The notes under the pieces were generated by a model. That model worked only from the letters and a program-made list of their open reading frames with translations. It was not told the origin of the DNA and did no database searches. Shown here in pieces: positions 25,336 to 38,791 of a stretch of 64,000 nt of DNA (position 1 is its first letter; each line of letters starts with the position of its first letter). The position numbers were made by a program, and so were the translations under genes. Origin of the DNA: Dictyostelium discoideum (lineage: Eukaryota). Location of the stretch: NCBI GenBank assembly GCA_000004695.1, contig CM000155.2, positions 1,376,001 through 1,440,000 of the forward strand, given 5' to 3'.

Positions 25336-27333
25336 TTTAGTTGAAAAACTAAATTAAAGATTATTTGTTTCTTTAACTTTTTATTATTATTGTTTTTTTA
25401 TTATTATTATTATTATAAAAAACAAATTTGTTTTATTTGTTTTTTTGTTTTATTATTATAATAATTTGTTTTATTTGTTTTTTTGTTTTATTTGTTTTAT
25501 TTGTTTATTTGTTTTTTTTTATTAAATTTATTTTTTGGTTTTTTTTATAGTCTATTTTTAATTTATTCCCTATTATTATAGAAGGATCTATATATATTAT
25601 ATTATATAATATTATAATTAAAAAATCTGGTTTGTTGGAAAGTAAGACTTATTTAAATTTATATATTTATTAAAATATTTATTTATGTGAGTGTGAAAAT
25701 TAAAGAAATAAGTTAAAATTTTAAAAAAAAAAAAAAATTGGCGCAAAATAATTTTTTTTTTTTTTTTTTTTGGTGTAAAAACCAATTTTGAAATTTTGGA
25801 GGCAAAAAATCAACAACATTTAACAAAGATCAAAAATTAAACTTCTTTAATTAAAAAAATGGATGAGAGCGAAAATGAGTTTTCAGATGAGGAGAGGAAG
25901 AAATTTCGGAGGCATCACTTTTTTTCAAGGGATCAAGAACCAAATATTAAACTAGAGTAGTAAATAACTATTTTAATTTTGATTTTTAAAAAAAAACAAA
26001 ATATTAACAAAAAATTTCAAATTATCAATGGGTTTGTCAATTACAGGTCCTTAAGATGTATTAATATATAAAATTATGACTAAAGGAGAAGTTGATGGGT
26101 GTGAAGATGGAATTACAAATAATCAAATACCTAAATTTACATTGAATGATGGTGGCTATATAAAATTTGAGATTTTTTGGATTTGTTAAACAACACCCAA
26201 TCATTGATTTCACCATGAATTCTATGATGAGTATATAGTTGCTTATGATGGAAATAATGCTTCTATTCAATATTTACTCGGAAACCAAATAAAAAATTTG
26301 GTTTTATAGTTAGGAAAATGGTTGGTTCAAATGAAATATACTAAAATATTGATATTTACCAAGAGTAAAAATTCAGTTTTAGAGGGCGAAAATAAAAAAA
26401 AAAATTGGGAGAGAGAGTAGAGTTGGAGATAGTTGAGGTTTTATGATAATTATTATTAAACTCTACTGCTCACTCTAAAATTATATGAAGATCATATATT
26501 TTTTTTTCTACAAGCGCTTGTGGAATAACAATGGAGTTGGGTTACCTAGAACGTTCTAAAATTCTCACTTTGAAACCACCTCTAAAAAATGCCAATGTTA
26601 ACCAAATTGCAAAATTCAAACGAGATATGAATGCCATTGGCAATGTAGTATACCTATAAATCCTCATTGTTTTCAAATTTATCATAAAGTATCTTAAAAA
26701 AAAAAAAAAATAAAATAAAATAAAATAAATAAAAAAATTTAAAAAGAATCTTTTAAAAAAAGATAGAAATAACTATTTTGTTTTATTTGTTAATTTTTTT
26801 TATTATTAATTTAGATTTAGATTTATCTTATTTGTTTATTTTTTAATTTATTATTATTTTTTTTTATTTATTAATTTAATTTTTTTTTTTTATTTTTTTA
26901 TTTTTATTTTAGGGAATGGGTGCCTTATTATTGAATGAACATAAAGTATTAAAAATATTTATTTGTTTTTGAATACGAATAGTGATTTTAAAATAAAAAT
27001 AAAAATCAACAACTTTTAAATAAAAAGAAGATATTATTTCGCCACACATGACCAAATTTTATTTTTTTATTATAATTTTTATTTTTTTAATTTTTAATTT
27101 TTTTTTTTTTTTTTTTTTATTTTTTTGTGATAGGAAATTTGAAATTAATTTTATTTTATTTTTATTTTTTTATTTTTTTTATTTTTCTATTTCACAATAA
27201 TTTTTATTTTTTTTATTTATTTTTATTTAAACCCCACACCATCCACAATTGAGCAGGTAAATTAATTAAATTTATTTTAGAGTTTTTTATTTTAAAAAAA
27301 GAAGTAAAGAAAAAAAAAAAAAAAAAAAGAAAA

Positions 27334-28843
27334 ATGTCAACATCAGCAGCAGCAACATTACCATTATCGGTGATATCAAAAAATTTAAGAAAAGTATTTC
27401 TTTCACAAAAAACAAGAAAGATTGATTGGAGATATTCTCAATTAAAAGCAATTAAAAAGATGATGTCAGAGAATAAAGATAATATTACAGCAGCCGTCAA
27501 GAAGGATCTTGGTAAACATGAATTTGAAATCCATCAAACTGAAATCGTAATGATTCAAACTGAATTAGATGAAACCATCTCTCATTTAGAATCTTGGAAT
27601 AAAACTGAAAAAGTTTATAGTCCACTTCATTTCAAACCAGCTTCATCTTATATATTAAAAGAACCATTAGGTGTTGTTTTAATTATGTCACCATGGTATG
27701 TAATATTAATAATAATAATAATAAATAAAAATATTATAAATTAATATATATATATATATATATACTAATTAATTAATTATAAAAATAAATAGGAATTATC
27801 CAGTTAATTTAGCATTAATACCATTAATTGGTGCAATTGCAGGTGGTAATTGTGCTTTATTAAAATTATCAAGACATTCATATAATATTAGTAAACTTTT
27901 ACATGGATTATTAACAAAATATTTGGATCCAGAATGTTTTGAATTTGATTGTGAAGGTGGTGCACCATATATTACAGAGTTATTGGAGTATAAATGGGAT
28001 CATATATTTTTCACAGGATCAGTAAAGGTTGGTAAGATTGTTTATCAAGCAGCAGCAAAATTCTTGACACCAGTCACATTGGAATTGGGTGGTAAGAATC
28101 CATGCATCGTCGATAAGGACACCGATATTAAATTGACAGCAAGAAGATTAATTTGGGGCAAATGTTGGAATGCAGGTCAAACATGTATTGGTTTGGATTA
28201 CCTTATTGTACATAAATCAATTTTGGAGCCTTTGATCGAAGAGTTTAAAGTCGTATTGAAGGAATTCTTTGGAGAGGATATTAAAAAGTCAACTTCTTTT
28301 GCACGTATCATTAGCAGTGCCGCCGCTGAACGTTTACAACAATTGTTCTCAATGGGTAAGGTTGTAATTGGTGGCGAGGCCGATATCGCCGAGAGATACA
28401 TTGCTCCAACTGTTATCGTTGACCCAGATTTAGATTCGCCATTGATGCAAGATGAGATCTTTGGTCCAGTCCTCCCAATTGTCACCTATGAGAATATCGA
28501 TGAATGTTTGGAATTTATTCAAAATCGTCCACATGCTTTGACTCTTTATTTATTCTCTCGTGATCAAGCCATTCAAGATAAGGTTTTAGATGGTACTCAA
28601 TCCGGTTCTCTCATGATCAATGATACCCTCTTACATTTCACAAATCCAAATTTACCATTTGGTGGTATTGGTGATAGTGGTATTGGTTCATATCATGGTA
28701 AAGGTACATTTGATATCTTTGTTCATAAAAGAGGACTTGTTCAATCAACTACTAAAAAATTCTTAGACCTTCCACTTCGTTATCCACCATATACTCCATT
28801 CTCTGATAATGTAGCTGGTAAAATTTTAGGTTCTGGTTGGTAA
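27334..28843 (+). CDS. Aldehyde dehydrogenase, ALDH3/fatty-aldehyde-dehydrogenase-like (471 aa); exons 27334-27695 and 27793-28843
   Basis: Intron 27696-27792 (GTATGT...AAATAG, phase 2) joins ..VLIMSPW to NYPVNLALIPLIGAIAGGN (PWNYP motif). Catalytic motifs TLELGGKNPCIVD (Glu) and GQTCIGLDY (Cys) read directly. Confidence 0.9.
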
Positions 28844-29669
28844 AAAATTAAAAAAAAAAATAAAAAAAAATAAAAAAAATAAAAAAAAAAAAAATAATAA
28901 TAATAATAATTCAAATATCATTTCTCATTGTCAACATAAATAATTTTTATTTTTCATTTCGTTCCAGATTTTATTTTATATTAAATTAATTTTAAAAAAA
29001 AAATAAAAATAAAAATAACAATAAAAATAAATTAAGTAAAAAAAAAAAAATAATAATAATATTTTATTAATCTTTATTTGGAAATAAATATTATTAAGAA
29101 ACTGACTTTTATTTTTTATTTTTTTATTAAACTCAATTTTTTTCCTCAAATTTAATTATTTTACAAATTAATGATTAGAAAAAGGAAAAAATTAAATCAA
29201 CTAAAATTTTTTATTTTTTTTTATTTTTTTTTAATCTTTCAAAAAATAAAAAGAAAAAAAAATAATTATATAAAAAAAAAAAAATATTTTTATTTTTTTA
29301 ATTTATTTTTTAATTTTTTTTTAATTTTAATTTTTTTTTTAATTTTAATTTTTTTTTTTTTTTCTTTTTATTTTATTTAAATAATAAAAAACAAAAAATA
29401 AATTCAATTTTCTATCTCTTTTCCCCCCCTATTTATATTTTTTTTTTTTTTTTTTTAACTATATTATTTTTATATTTTTTTTTTACATAAATAAATTTAT
29501 ATCTATAATCAAAAAAAAAAAAAAAAAAAAAAAAAAGAAAAAAAAATTAGTATCTATAATCAAAAAAAAAAAAAAAAAAATATAATTGTAAGTAAATTCT
29601 TCCAAAAATCATAATTACCGAAAAGAGATAGAAAAAATATATATCTGAATTTTTTTTCATGGGGGGGGG

Positions 29670-29703
<34 letters not shown>

Positions 29704-29960
29704 CCTTCCTTTCCATTTTTTTTTTTTAAAATAAATCCAGTTATTTTCTGGTAGAAAACTAAATATTCATAAAAATTTTTTTTTTTTTTTTTTTTTTGAT
29801 TATATTAATTAATTAATTTTTTTATTTTTGTATTTTCCATTTTTAATTTTTTATTTTTTTTTTTTTTTTCAATTTTTTTTTTAAAAAAACTCACATTTAT
29901 TTGTTTTAAATATTGTTTGTGTAAAAAAAAAAAAAAAAAATAAAAAAATCCTTTTTTTTA

Positions 29961-29991
<31 letters not shown>

Positions 29992-30176
29992 ATTTCTTTA
30001 TTTTTTACTTTTTATTCTTTATTAGTTACTTTTTATTATTTTTCAAAATTATAATATAAAAAAAAAAAAAAATAATAAATAGTAAAAATAAATAAATAAT
30101 AATAATAAATAAATAATAAATTTTAAATAATAAATATTAAATAATAAATAATAGAAAATAAAAATAAAAGGAAAAA

Positions 30177-31086
30177 ATGAACAATAATAATAATGGAGGG
30201 AATGTAATATCAGATTATCCAACCTCCAGTAATAATAACAATAATGGCAGACACAATAATAATAATAACAATAATAATAATAACAATAATAATAATAATA
30301 GTTATAGAAGGTCAAGATCAAGATCAAGATCACCATCACCAACAAGAGGAAGATCACCAGTTATGTACTCTCCAAACAGAGATAGTTCTGATGACGATAG
30401 CTCATCTTCAAGATCAGGTTTATACCTTTCAAGTTCTTCATCAAGATCAAGATCAAGATCACCATTGCCACCATTAAATAATATTAATAATGGAAATCAA
30501 CAATCAAATAATTTTATTAATAATAAAAATAATAATAATAATTTTAATAATATTAATAATAATTATAATAATAATAATGGTATTAATAGCAGTAATAGCA
30601 ATAATAGCAGTAATAGCAGTAATAAAAGTAAAAACAGTAATAATAATATACCTAACATTTTACCCTATATTTCATTAAATGGTTCGGGTTCATCATCGTC
30701 ATCTAAACAATTTTCATTGCCACCATTAAAATCAACTACAACATCCTCTTCATCAAATTCAACTTCTTCATCCTCCTCCAGATCATCTAAATCACATTCT
30801 TCATCGTCATCATCATCATCATCGTCATATCCAATAAAATCTATTTTTGGAAATATTGGAGGAGGCAGTTCAAAAGGTTCTTCTTCCTCTTCTTCCAGAA
30901 GCTCTAAAAGTAGTGGCAGTAGCAGTAGTAGAAGTGATAGAGACAAAAGCGATAGAGATAGTAGAAGTGATAGAGAAAGTAGAAGTGACAGAGATAGAAG
31001 TGACAGAGATAGAAGTAGTAGAAGTGATAGAGATAGTAGAAGTAGCAGAGATAGTAGAAGTGATCGTGATAGAACTAGTAGTAGTA

Positions 31087-31131
<45 letters not shown>

Positions 31132-34100
31132 GTGGTAATAACAACAACTCTAACAACAACTCTAATAATAATAATAATAACTCTAACAACAGCAACAATA
31201 TCAATAATAATAGTAATAATAGCAGAAGTGATAGAGATAGTAGAAGCGATCGTGAAAGAAGTGGTAGAAGTGATAGAGAGAGTAGAGGAGATAGCAAAAG
31301 TAATAGATCTTCATCGTCATCCTCTTCATCCTTAAATAATAATAATAACAATAACAATAATAATAATAATAATCCATTATCGTCGTCATCATCATCAAGT
31401 AATAGACAACCATCTACAACTTCACCAATTATGCCATCTAATACTTTGTTTAATATTAAACCAATTGGAACTACTTCACCACATCTATCATCATCATCAA
31501 ATCAAGGATTACCACCAATATCATTATCATCTTCATCAAAACATAAATTATCATCATCTTTGTCGTCATCGTCATCACTATCATCGTCTACTAATCAAGG
31601 TGCTTCATCAGCAATATCATCATCAATTTCAGTATTATCATCACCAAAACAATCACCATCAATGAAATCAATGTCATCATCAAACCCTGCTTTACCAACT
31701 TTAGCACCATTAACACAACTCTCATCATCATCATCCAATCAAAAGAATTTACCAAATCTTGTATTAAAAAAAGCAATTAGTAAAAAAGATAGGGAACAAC
31801 TTATGGAATTATTAAATGAACACGAAAGTGATTCCGACGTCGATTTTTCAACAACACCAACTTTAAGTAGTCATATATCAAAATACTCACCAGCACAATC
31901 ACCTCTTCCATCAATCAAATCAATCCCACCAATGCCATTGAGTGGTAATAGTTTCGAGCCACTATCAATTGGAAATCAAAGAAATAGTACTGATAATTTA
32001 TACGATAACAGTAATAATAAAAACAATAATAACAACTACAACAACAACAATAATATGTTAAAAAATTTAGATTTTAATAGTAACGATCACTCTAAATTGG
32101 ATAATATTTTATTAAGCGAAAAATCAATCGAAAGACACAGAAATCCATTATCATCTTCTATTTCATCAGCACCAAAACCATTGGATTTTGATAGTGATGA
32201 AGATATAACAGAAGAATATTATAAAAAAATGTTAGCTAATCATGCAAGATCAAAGAAATCTAAAAAAGAAACTGATGTAAGTTTTTTTATTTTTTATTTA
32301 TTTTATAAAAAATAAATATTAATAGTTTTTTTTAATTCATTTTAGAAAATATTTAGAGAATTGGAACTATCTGATGATGATGTTTTTGATGAAAAGAATG
32401 ATAGAAAACAATTAAAAATGATGAAAAGGTTAATGGATAGAGAGGATAATGATAGAAGAGTAAAAAAGAAAATGGTTGATCCAAAATATAATAGTAGTAG
32501 TAGTAGATCAAAAGATAGATATGGAAGTAGTAGTAGTAGTAAATCATCAAAATATAATTCATCCTCATCATCATCATCTTCAAGATCAAAAGATAATAAG
32601 TATATAAGACCATCAATTTTCTCAAGTGATGATGATTTTTCAAAGGATGAAGATGATGAAGAATTTGAAAGACTATGGAAAGATAGAAAGAAAAAGAAAT
32701 CAAGTAATGGACCAAGTTTGTCAAATTCATATTCTGGTATTAAAACAGATCAATATAATCAACAACAACAATATAATCAACAACAACAACAATATCAATC
32801 ACAAAATCAACAACAACACCAACAACAACAACAACAAATTATTACAAATCAATCAATTTTAGAAAAACTTGATTGGTATAAAGAAATTGATTCAAAATTT
32901 TCATCAAATTGGATGAAAATTATAAAAAAAGATTTACCAAAAGCTTGTAAAAAGTATTCAGATATTCATATGAATGGTATTGCCAATTGTAAAAAAATAG
33001 CTCAAATGATGAAACGAGAATTAAAGATAAAGAACCAAAAGCCACCAAAAGCAACCAAAGATAATCAAATACGTGCAAAGAAATTGGTAAAGGAAATGGG
33101 TGCCTATTGGAGAAAGTTTGATAAAGATGAGAGAGAAGCTAAAAGAAGAGCAGAGAAAGAGGAAGCAAATCAAAGAAAACGTGAAGAAGAAGTACAAGAA
33201 GCAAAGAGACAACAAAGAAAACTTAATTTCCTTATCTCACAAACTGAACTCTATAGCCATTTCATGAGTAAAAAATTGGATGATCCATCAAGTGGCGATG
33301 CCACTCCCGCTACTATTGGTTCATTAATGAATGGATCACAAATGCCAACTGAACAGAATAAAAAAATCAAAGAAAAGAATGATCAAGACGACAATGAATC
33401 ATCATCTGAGGAAGAAGAGGAATCATCTGATGATGAGGGTAAAACTGAACAAGAAAAGAAAGAAGAAGAGGAATTAAAATCTGAAGCACTCAAAAAGACT
33501 CAAAAAGCAATTGAATTACAACTTTTAAAGACTAAAACCTTTGACAGAGATGTAAATAAAATTAAAAACTCTGCAACTGAAGGAGGCGGTGAAACTATAC
33601 CAGAATCATTGGCTGTAAGTGATAAAATGATGGTAGATGGTTTACCAATGATTGATATGAATTCAAGTATTCCACCTGGATTTAGTACAGCTGATACATT
33701 GAAACAACCAACCATTTTAAATGCAGATTTAAAACCATATCAATTAAAAGGTATGACATGGATCGTAAATCTTTATGATCAAGGTATCAATGGTATATTG
33801 GCAGATGAAATGGGTTTGGGTAAAACCATTCAATCGATTGCAGTCCTAGCTCATTTGGCAGAGGAAAAGAATATTTGGGGACCATTTTTAATTGTTACAC
33901 CAAAATCAACACTTCACAATTGGAAGAATGAATTTGCAAAGTTTGTACCAGCATTCAAGGTAATTCCTTATTGGGGTACACAACAACAACGTACTACCAT
34001 TAGAAAATATTGGAATCCAAAGAAATTGTATCATAGAAATTCACCATTCCACGTTTTAATCACATCGTACAATGTGATAGTACGTGATGAAAAGTATTTC

Positions 34101-36714
34101 CATAGATTACGTTGGCAATATATGGTATTGGATGAAGCTCATGCTATCAAGAGTTCAGCAAGTAATCGTTGGAAAACTCTAATGAGTTTTAATTGTAGAA
34201 ATAGACTCTTACTCACTGGTACACCCATTCAAAATAGTATGGCTGAACTTTGGGCTTTACTTCATTTCATTATGCCAACATTCTTTGATTCTCATGATGA
34301 ATTTGCAGAGTGGTTCTCAAAGGATATCGAAAATCATGCTATGTCACAAGGTGGTTTGAATGAACATCAACTCAATCGTCTTCATATGATTTTGAAACCA
34401 TTCATGTTGAGAAGAATTAAAAGAGATGTAGAGAATGAAATGCCATCAAAAACAGAGGTTGAAGTCTATTGTAACCTTACTCATCGTCAAAAGAAACTCT
34501 ATCAAAGTATTCGTTCAAATATTTCAATCACCGAGTTATTGGGTGGTGCTTCCTTTAGTGAACAAGGTTCAATGAAAGCATTGATGAATTTCGTTATGCA
34601 ATTTAGAAAGGTTTGTAATCATCCTGAAACCTTTAAAAGAAGTGAATGCGAATCACCTTTCCTCTTTCAAGTTCAAACTATGGAACCTCAAAATACTACT
34701 TCACCACAATGTCCAAATCATTTAAAAACTGTAAGATCAATTAATAATAATCCAATTCAAGTCGTAATTCCAAAGTTAATCTTTAGAGAAGCTTGGAATC
34801 CTTTAAATTCAACAGATTCTGATCAAATTAGAACTAGAACAATTGATCGTTTCAATATATTTAAAGCAAATAATATTTCAAATAATAGTAGTGGTAATGA
34901 TACTTTTTCATTTAGTAGATTCATAAATTTAGAACCAGGTGAATTAAATAAATTATCAAGTGAATTAAATTTATTAGATTTTTATCTATTGAATCAAGCA
35001 ACTGAAAATGAAGTTTATCCAGTTTTCAATCATTTATTGGATAGTGATTCATTTGATCAACCACTTTCAAATAATATGAAATCAATGTTATTGGAACCAA
35101 CTTTCTCAAATGTATTAAATGAAGATCGTTTAAATAATGGTTTATTTAATGTAAAGGATTTAGTTATTGGTGGAAATGAACGTTATCAAATTAATCAATC
35201 AGTCATTCAATATGTTTATACATTATATCCAAAAGTTACAGCTGCACCAATTGATGCTATGGTATCGGATAAATCTTTCTATATTGAAAAATCAACTCAA
35301 CAATTGAATTCTTCAATGGATTGTAAAGAGATTTCATTGGTTAAATTAACAATGAATGGTTTAATTACTAATGAAACTACCAAGGAATTAAGTGAATCAT
35401 TACCAACTGTTTTACCTCCTTCATCAAATCAAATCGTATTGGATAATCTAAAAGAGAATGGTGGTTTAATGGGTGGTTTAAATCGTTTATTCGGTTCAAC
35501 TTCAATTTGGATGCCTTCATTCTCAAAATCTTTGAATGATAGTGGTAAACTTCAAGTATTGGATAAGCTTTTAAAGGATTTGAAAGTTGGTGGTCATAGA
35601 GTACTTATCTATTCTCAATTCACAAAGATGATCAACATTTTAGAAGATTTCATGATCTTTAGAAAATATAAATACCTTCGTCTTGATGGTTCTTCAAAAT
35701 TGGATGATCGTAGAGATATGGTAGATGATTTCCAATCGGATCCTTCCATTTTCGCCTTCCTCCTATCAACTAGAGCTTGTGGTATCGGTATCAATTTAAC
35801 ATCTGCTGATACCGTTATCTTTTACGATAGTGATTGGAATCCAACTGTTGACGAACAAGCCCAAGATAGAGCTCATAGACTTGGTCAAACTAGACCTGTC
35901 ACTGTTTATAGATTAATTACAAAAAATACCATTGAAGAAAAGATTTTAAAACGTGCAAAACAAAAACATCAAATTCAAAGTATTGTTATTGCTGGTGGTA
36001 AATTTGAATCAAATCCTGAAGAATTAGATCAAGTTGGTGAAAATGAAGCAATTTCTTTCTTATTAGATGATGATGAATTAGAAGAAAGATGTAATTATTT
36101 TTAATATTTTTTTTTTTTTTTTTATCTTTATTCTAATAATAATTTTTTTTTTTTTTCACTTTTAATTAGTTAAAAATCAAATTGATCCAGCAACAGGTAA
36201 AAAAAGAAAACAACCAGAACCTGAAGTACCATCAATTGCTGATAAACCATTTTCACCAAATGATATCCCAACAACCAAACCAGTTAATAAAGGTAGACCA
36301 CCAAAAGAACAATCAAAAGAACCAAAAGTACCAAAGAAGAAAGGTCCAAAACCAGGTTATAAGAGAATAAAAACAGAAGCAGGTGGTGGTGGTGGTGGTG
36401 ATGGTGGTGGTGATACTTCAACTGCCTCAACTACAACAACTGCAACTACAACCTCTTCAACTACATCTTCAACTAATGATCCATCTTCAACTTCAACTTC
36501 ACCAACAACATCACCACCACCAACAGGTGTTAAACCAACAAAAGCAGCTAAAGTTCCTGGAAAACCTGGTAGACCATCAGGAAAACCAAAAGGTTATTAT
36601 AAAAAAGCTCCTGCAACTCCAACACCTTCAAATACAACTTTATCAACACCTTCCACCTCACCAACAATGGTAACAACTGCACCAATTGGTAGTGCAAATA
36701 CATCTCCAAAATAA
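30177..36714 (+). CDS. ino80: INO80 chromatin-remodelling ATPase (Snf2 family, split ATPase with long insertion); 3-exon model 30177-32276, 32346-36090, 36170-36714 (2129 aa)
   Basis: Exon 1 (700 codons) is S/N-rich with repeated SRSDRDSRSDRESRSDRDRSDRDR blocks and ends ..KKETD at a GTAAGT donor (32277). Acceptor TTTTAG at 32345, phase 0, joins the track ORF 32361..36104. Exon 2 contains the DBINO/HSA-like KEMGAYWRKFDKDEREAKRRAEKE..RQQRKLNFLISQTELYSHFM, DEMGLGKT (motif I), DEAH box (MVLDEAHAIKS), and after the insertion the helicase-C lobe (LLSTRACGIGINLTSADTVIFYDSDWNPTVDEQAQDRAHRLGQTRPVTVYRL). A GTAATT donor at 36091 (phase 1) and acceptor AATTAG at 36169 open a 181-codon stop-free frame that the track missed because it has no ATG. 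It encodes AT-hook-like KGRPPK and GKPGRPSGKPKG, with stop at 36712-36714. Confidence 0.8.
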
Positions 36715-36889
36715 AAAGAAAAAAAAAAAACAAATAATAATAATTTTTACCAAAAAAAAAAAAGAATTAAAAAGAAAAAGATGATTTTATTATAATAAAT
36801 ATTTAATTATAAATTATTAATAATTTATATACTTTTTTTATATATTAAAAAAAAAAAAAAAAAAATAATATTATATATATTTATTTAAT

Positions 36890-37984
36890 TTATTTATTAA
36901 TCATTTGTTTTGATAATTCATGAACAGCTTTAACATAAGATTCTGGACCTTCAATTGGATGAGTTGGATGCATACCATGACCTAAATTTGCAATTAAACG
37001 TTTAGTAGTACCAAATGATTGTAACATTTTTTGAGTTTGATCTCTAATTACTTGATCACCACAATATAAAACACATGGATCTAAATTACCTTGAAGTGAA
37101 ACTCTATCAGCAACCATTTCTCTAGCAACAGATGGTTCAATTGTCCAATCGATACCTAAAACATCGTAAGCACCACTTTTTGAGAGATCTTCTAAAGCAA
37201 AGTTTGAACCTTTTGCAAAACAAATTAAAGGAATCTCTGGATGAACTGCTTTAACTTCTTTACCAATTTGAACTAAATAAGGTAAACAATACTCTTTAAA
37301 CATTGCTGGACTTAATTCATTTGACCATGAATCAAAGATTTGTAATGCTTGTGCACCAGCTTTAATTTGACCTAAAAGATAATCAATACAAACACGAGTT
37401 AACATTGATAAGAATTTATGTGACTCTGCTGGGTGTTTGTATAACCATGATTTTGAATTTGACATGGTTGTGCCACCGCTACCCTCAATGCAGTAGGTCA
37501 TCAATGTCCATGGTGCGCCTGTGAATCCAATCAATGGTACACGACCTTCTAAACGTTTACGAGTTAATGTTAATGCATCGAATACGTATCCCAACTCTTT
37601 ATTTACATCTACTGGGAATTGTACCCTTGATAGGTCTTCAATGGTTCTGATTGGGTTTGGAAAGAATGGTCCTTTGCCTGGAATCATTTGAACTTCAATT
37701 CCCATTGCTTGTGGTACCACTAAAATATCACTAAATATAATTGCTGCATCCAATGGAAATCTATCCAATGGTTGTAAGGTTACTTTACATGCTAATTCCG
37801 GTGTTCTGCATACTGAAAAGAAATCAACATCTGCTCTAACACTCTTAAACTCTGGTAAATATCTTCCTGCTTGTCTCATAATCCAAACTGGAACATAAGG
37901 TACTTCCTCACCTCTGCATGCTTTTAAAAATGTATCATTTTTTAATTCTGGAAATTCATTTTTATTTATATTTTCTTCTGACAT
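36890..37984 (-). CDS. hemE: Uroporphyrinogen decarboxylase (haem biosynthesis), 364 aa, single exon
   Basis: Signature PVWIMRQAGRYLPEF near the N-terminus and full-length collinearity with the UROD family (..FTGAPWTLMTY.., ..GHGMHP..). Confidence 0.93.
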   Translation of the reverse strand: MSEENINKNEFPELKNDTFLKACRGEEVPYVPVWIMRQAGRYLPEFKSVRADVDFFSVCRTPELACKVTLQPLDRFPLDAAIIFSDILVVPQAMGIEVQMIPGKGPFFPNPIRTIEDLSRVQFPVDVNKELGYVFDALTLTRKRLEGRVPLIGFTGAPWTLMTYCIEGSGGTTMSNSKSWLYKHPAESHKFLSMLTRVCIDYLLGQIKAGAQALQIFDSWSNELSPAMFKEYCLPYLVQIGKEVKAVHPEIPLICFAKGSNFALEDLSKSGAYDVLGIDWTIEPSVAREMVADRVSLQGNLDPCVLYCGDQVIRDQTQKMLQSFGTTKRLIANLGHGMHPTHPIEGPESYVKAVHELSKQMINK

Positions 37985-38455
37985 TTTCTAATTTTCTAAT
38001 TTTCTAATTTTTTTTATTTTTTTTAAAATATGAAAAATTGTAAATAAAAAAAAAAAAAAAAATAAAAAAAAGATTAAGGTGGCAAGTATTTTTTTGATCA
38101 AAATTAATTTTTACAAAAAGATTTCATTAAAAAAAAAAAATAAAAAAATAAAAAAAAAAATATTTTATTTTTTTTTTCATTTTTTTATTTTTTTGTGTAT
38201 GGTTAAATTTTATTTATTTTTAATATGAATTTAGTATAAATAAATAGAGTACTCAAAAATACACAATATGATATAAAATATAAAAAAAATGAATGTAACC
38301 ATTCATTGTTTTTTTTTTTTTTTATTTAAAAAGTCAAATTAAAATGTTTTTATAAAATTTATAAAATAAAAAAAAAAAAAATAAAAATAAAAATAGAAAA
38401 TAAAACCGAGTTAAAAAATAAAGTAAAAAAAGTCAATCTAAATTACACCCTTATT

Positions 38456-38492
<37 letters not shown>

Positions 38493-38791
38493 ATTGAGTT
38501 ATTAATTTTATTAAATCCCAACACAAGAATATCATATTTTTTTTTTTTATAGTTTTTAATAACTTATTTAAATTGTACAAGGCATTGCTGTTTAAATTTT
38601 TTTATTTTTTTTATTTTTTTATTTCTTAATTTCTTGGAATTCCCAAAACAAATTTAAATTATTTTTTTTATTTTTTGTTTTTTATTTTTTATTTTTTATT
38701 TTTTTTTTTACTTTTTTTTTATTTTTTTTTTTTTTTTTTTATTTTTTACAACGAACTCTTTATACATAATTTATTAGTAATATTAAAAATA

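Noticed and set aside
30244-31776. Track ORFs 30244..30477, 30490..30678, 30665..31357(-), 30847..31335, 31201..31413(-), 31465..31665, 31591..31776(-)
   Set aside because: All overlap INO80 exon 1 in other frames or antisense; the low-complexity Ser/Asn codons keep alternative frames open.
36182-36733. Q-rich ORF 36182..36370 and ORFs 36383..36673, 36548..36733(-)
   Set aside because: They overlap the AT-hook exon of INO80. The frame I chose is the only one open for all 181 codons and splices in phase.
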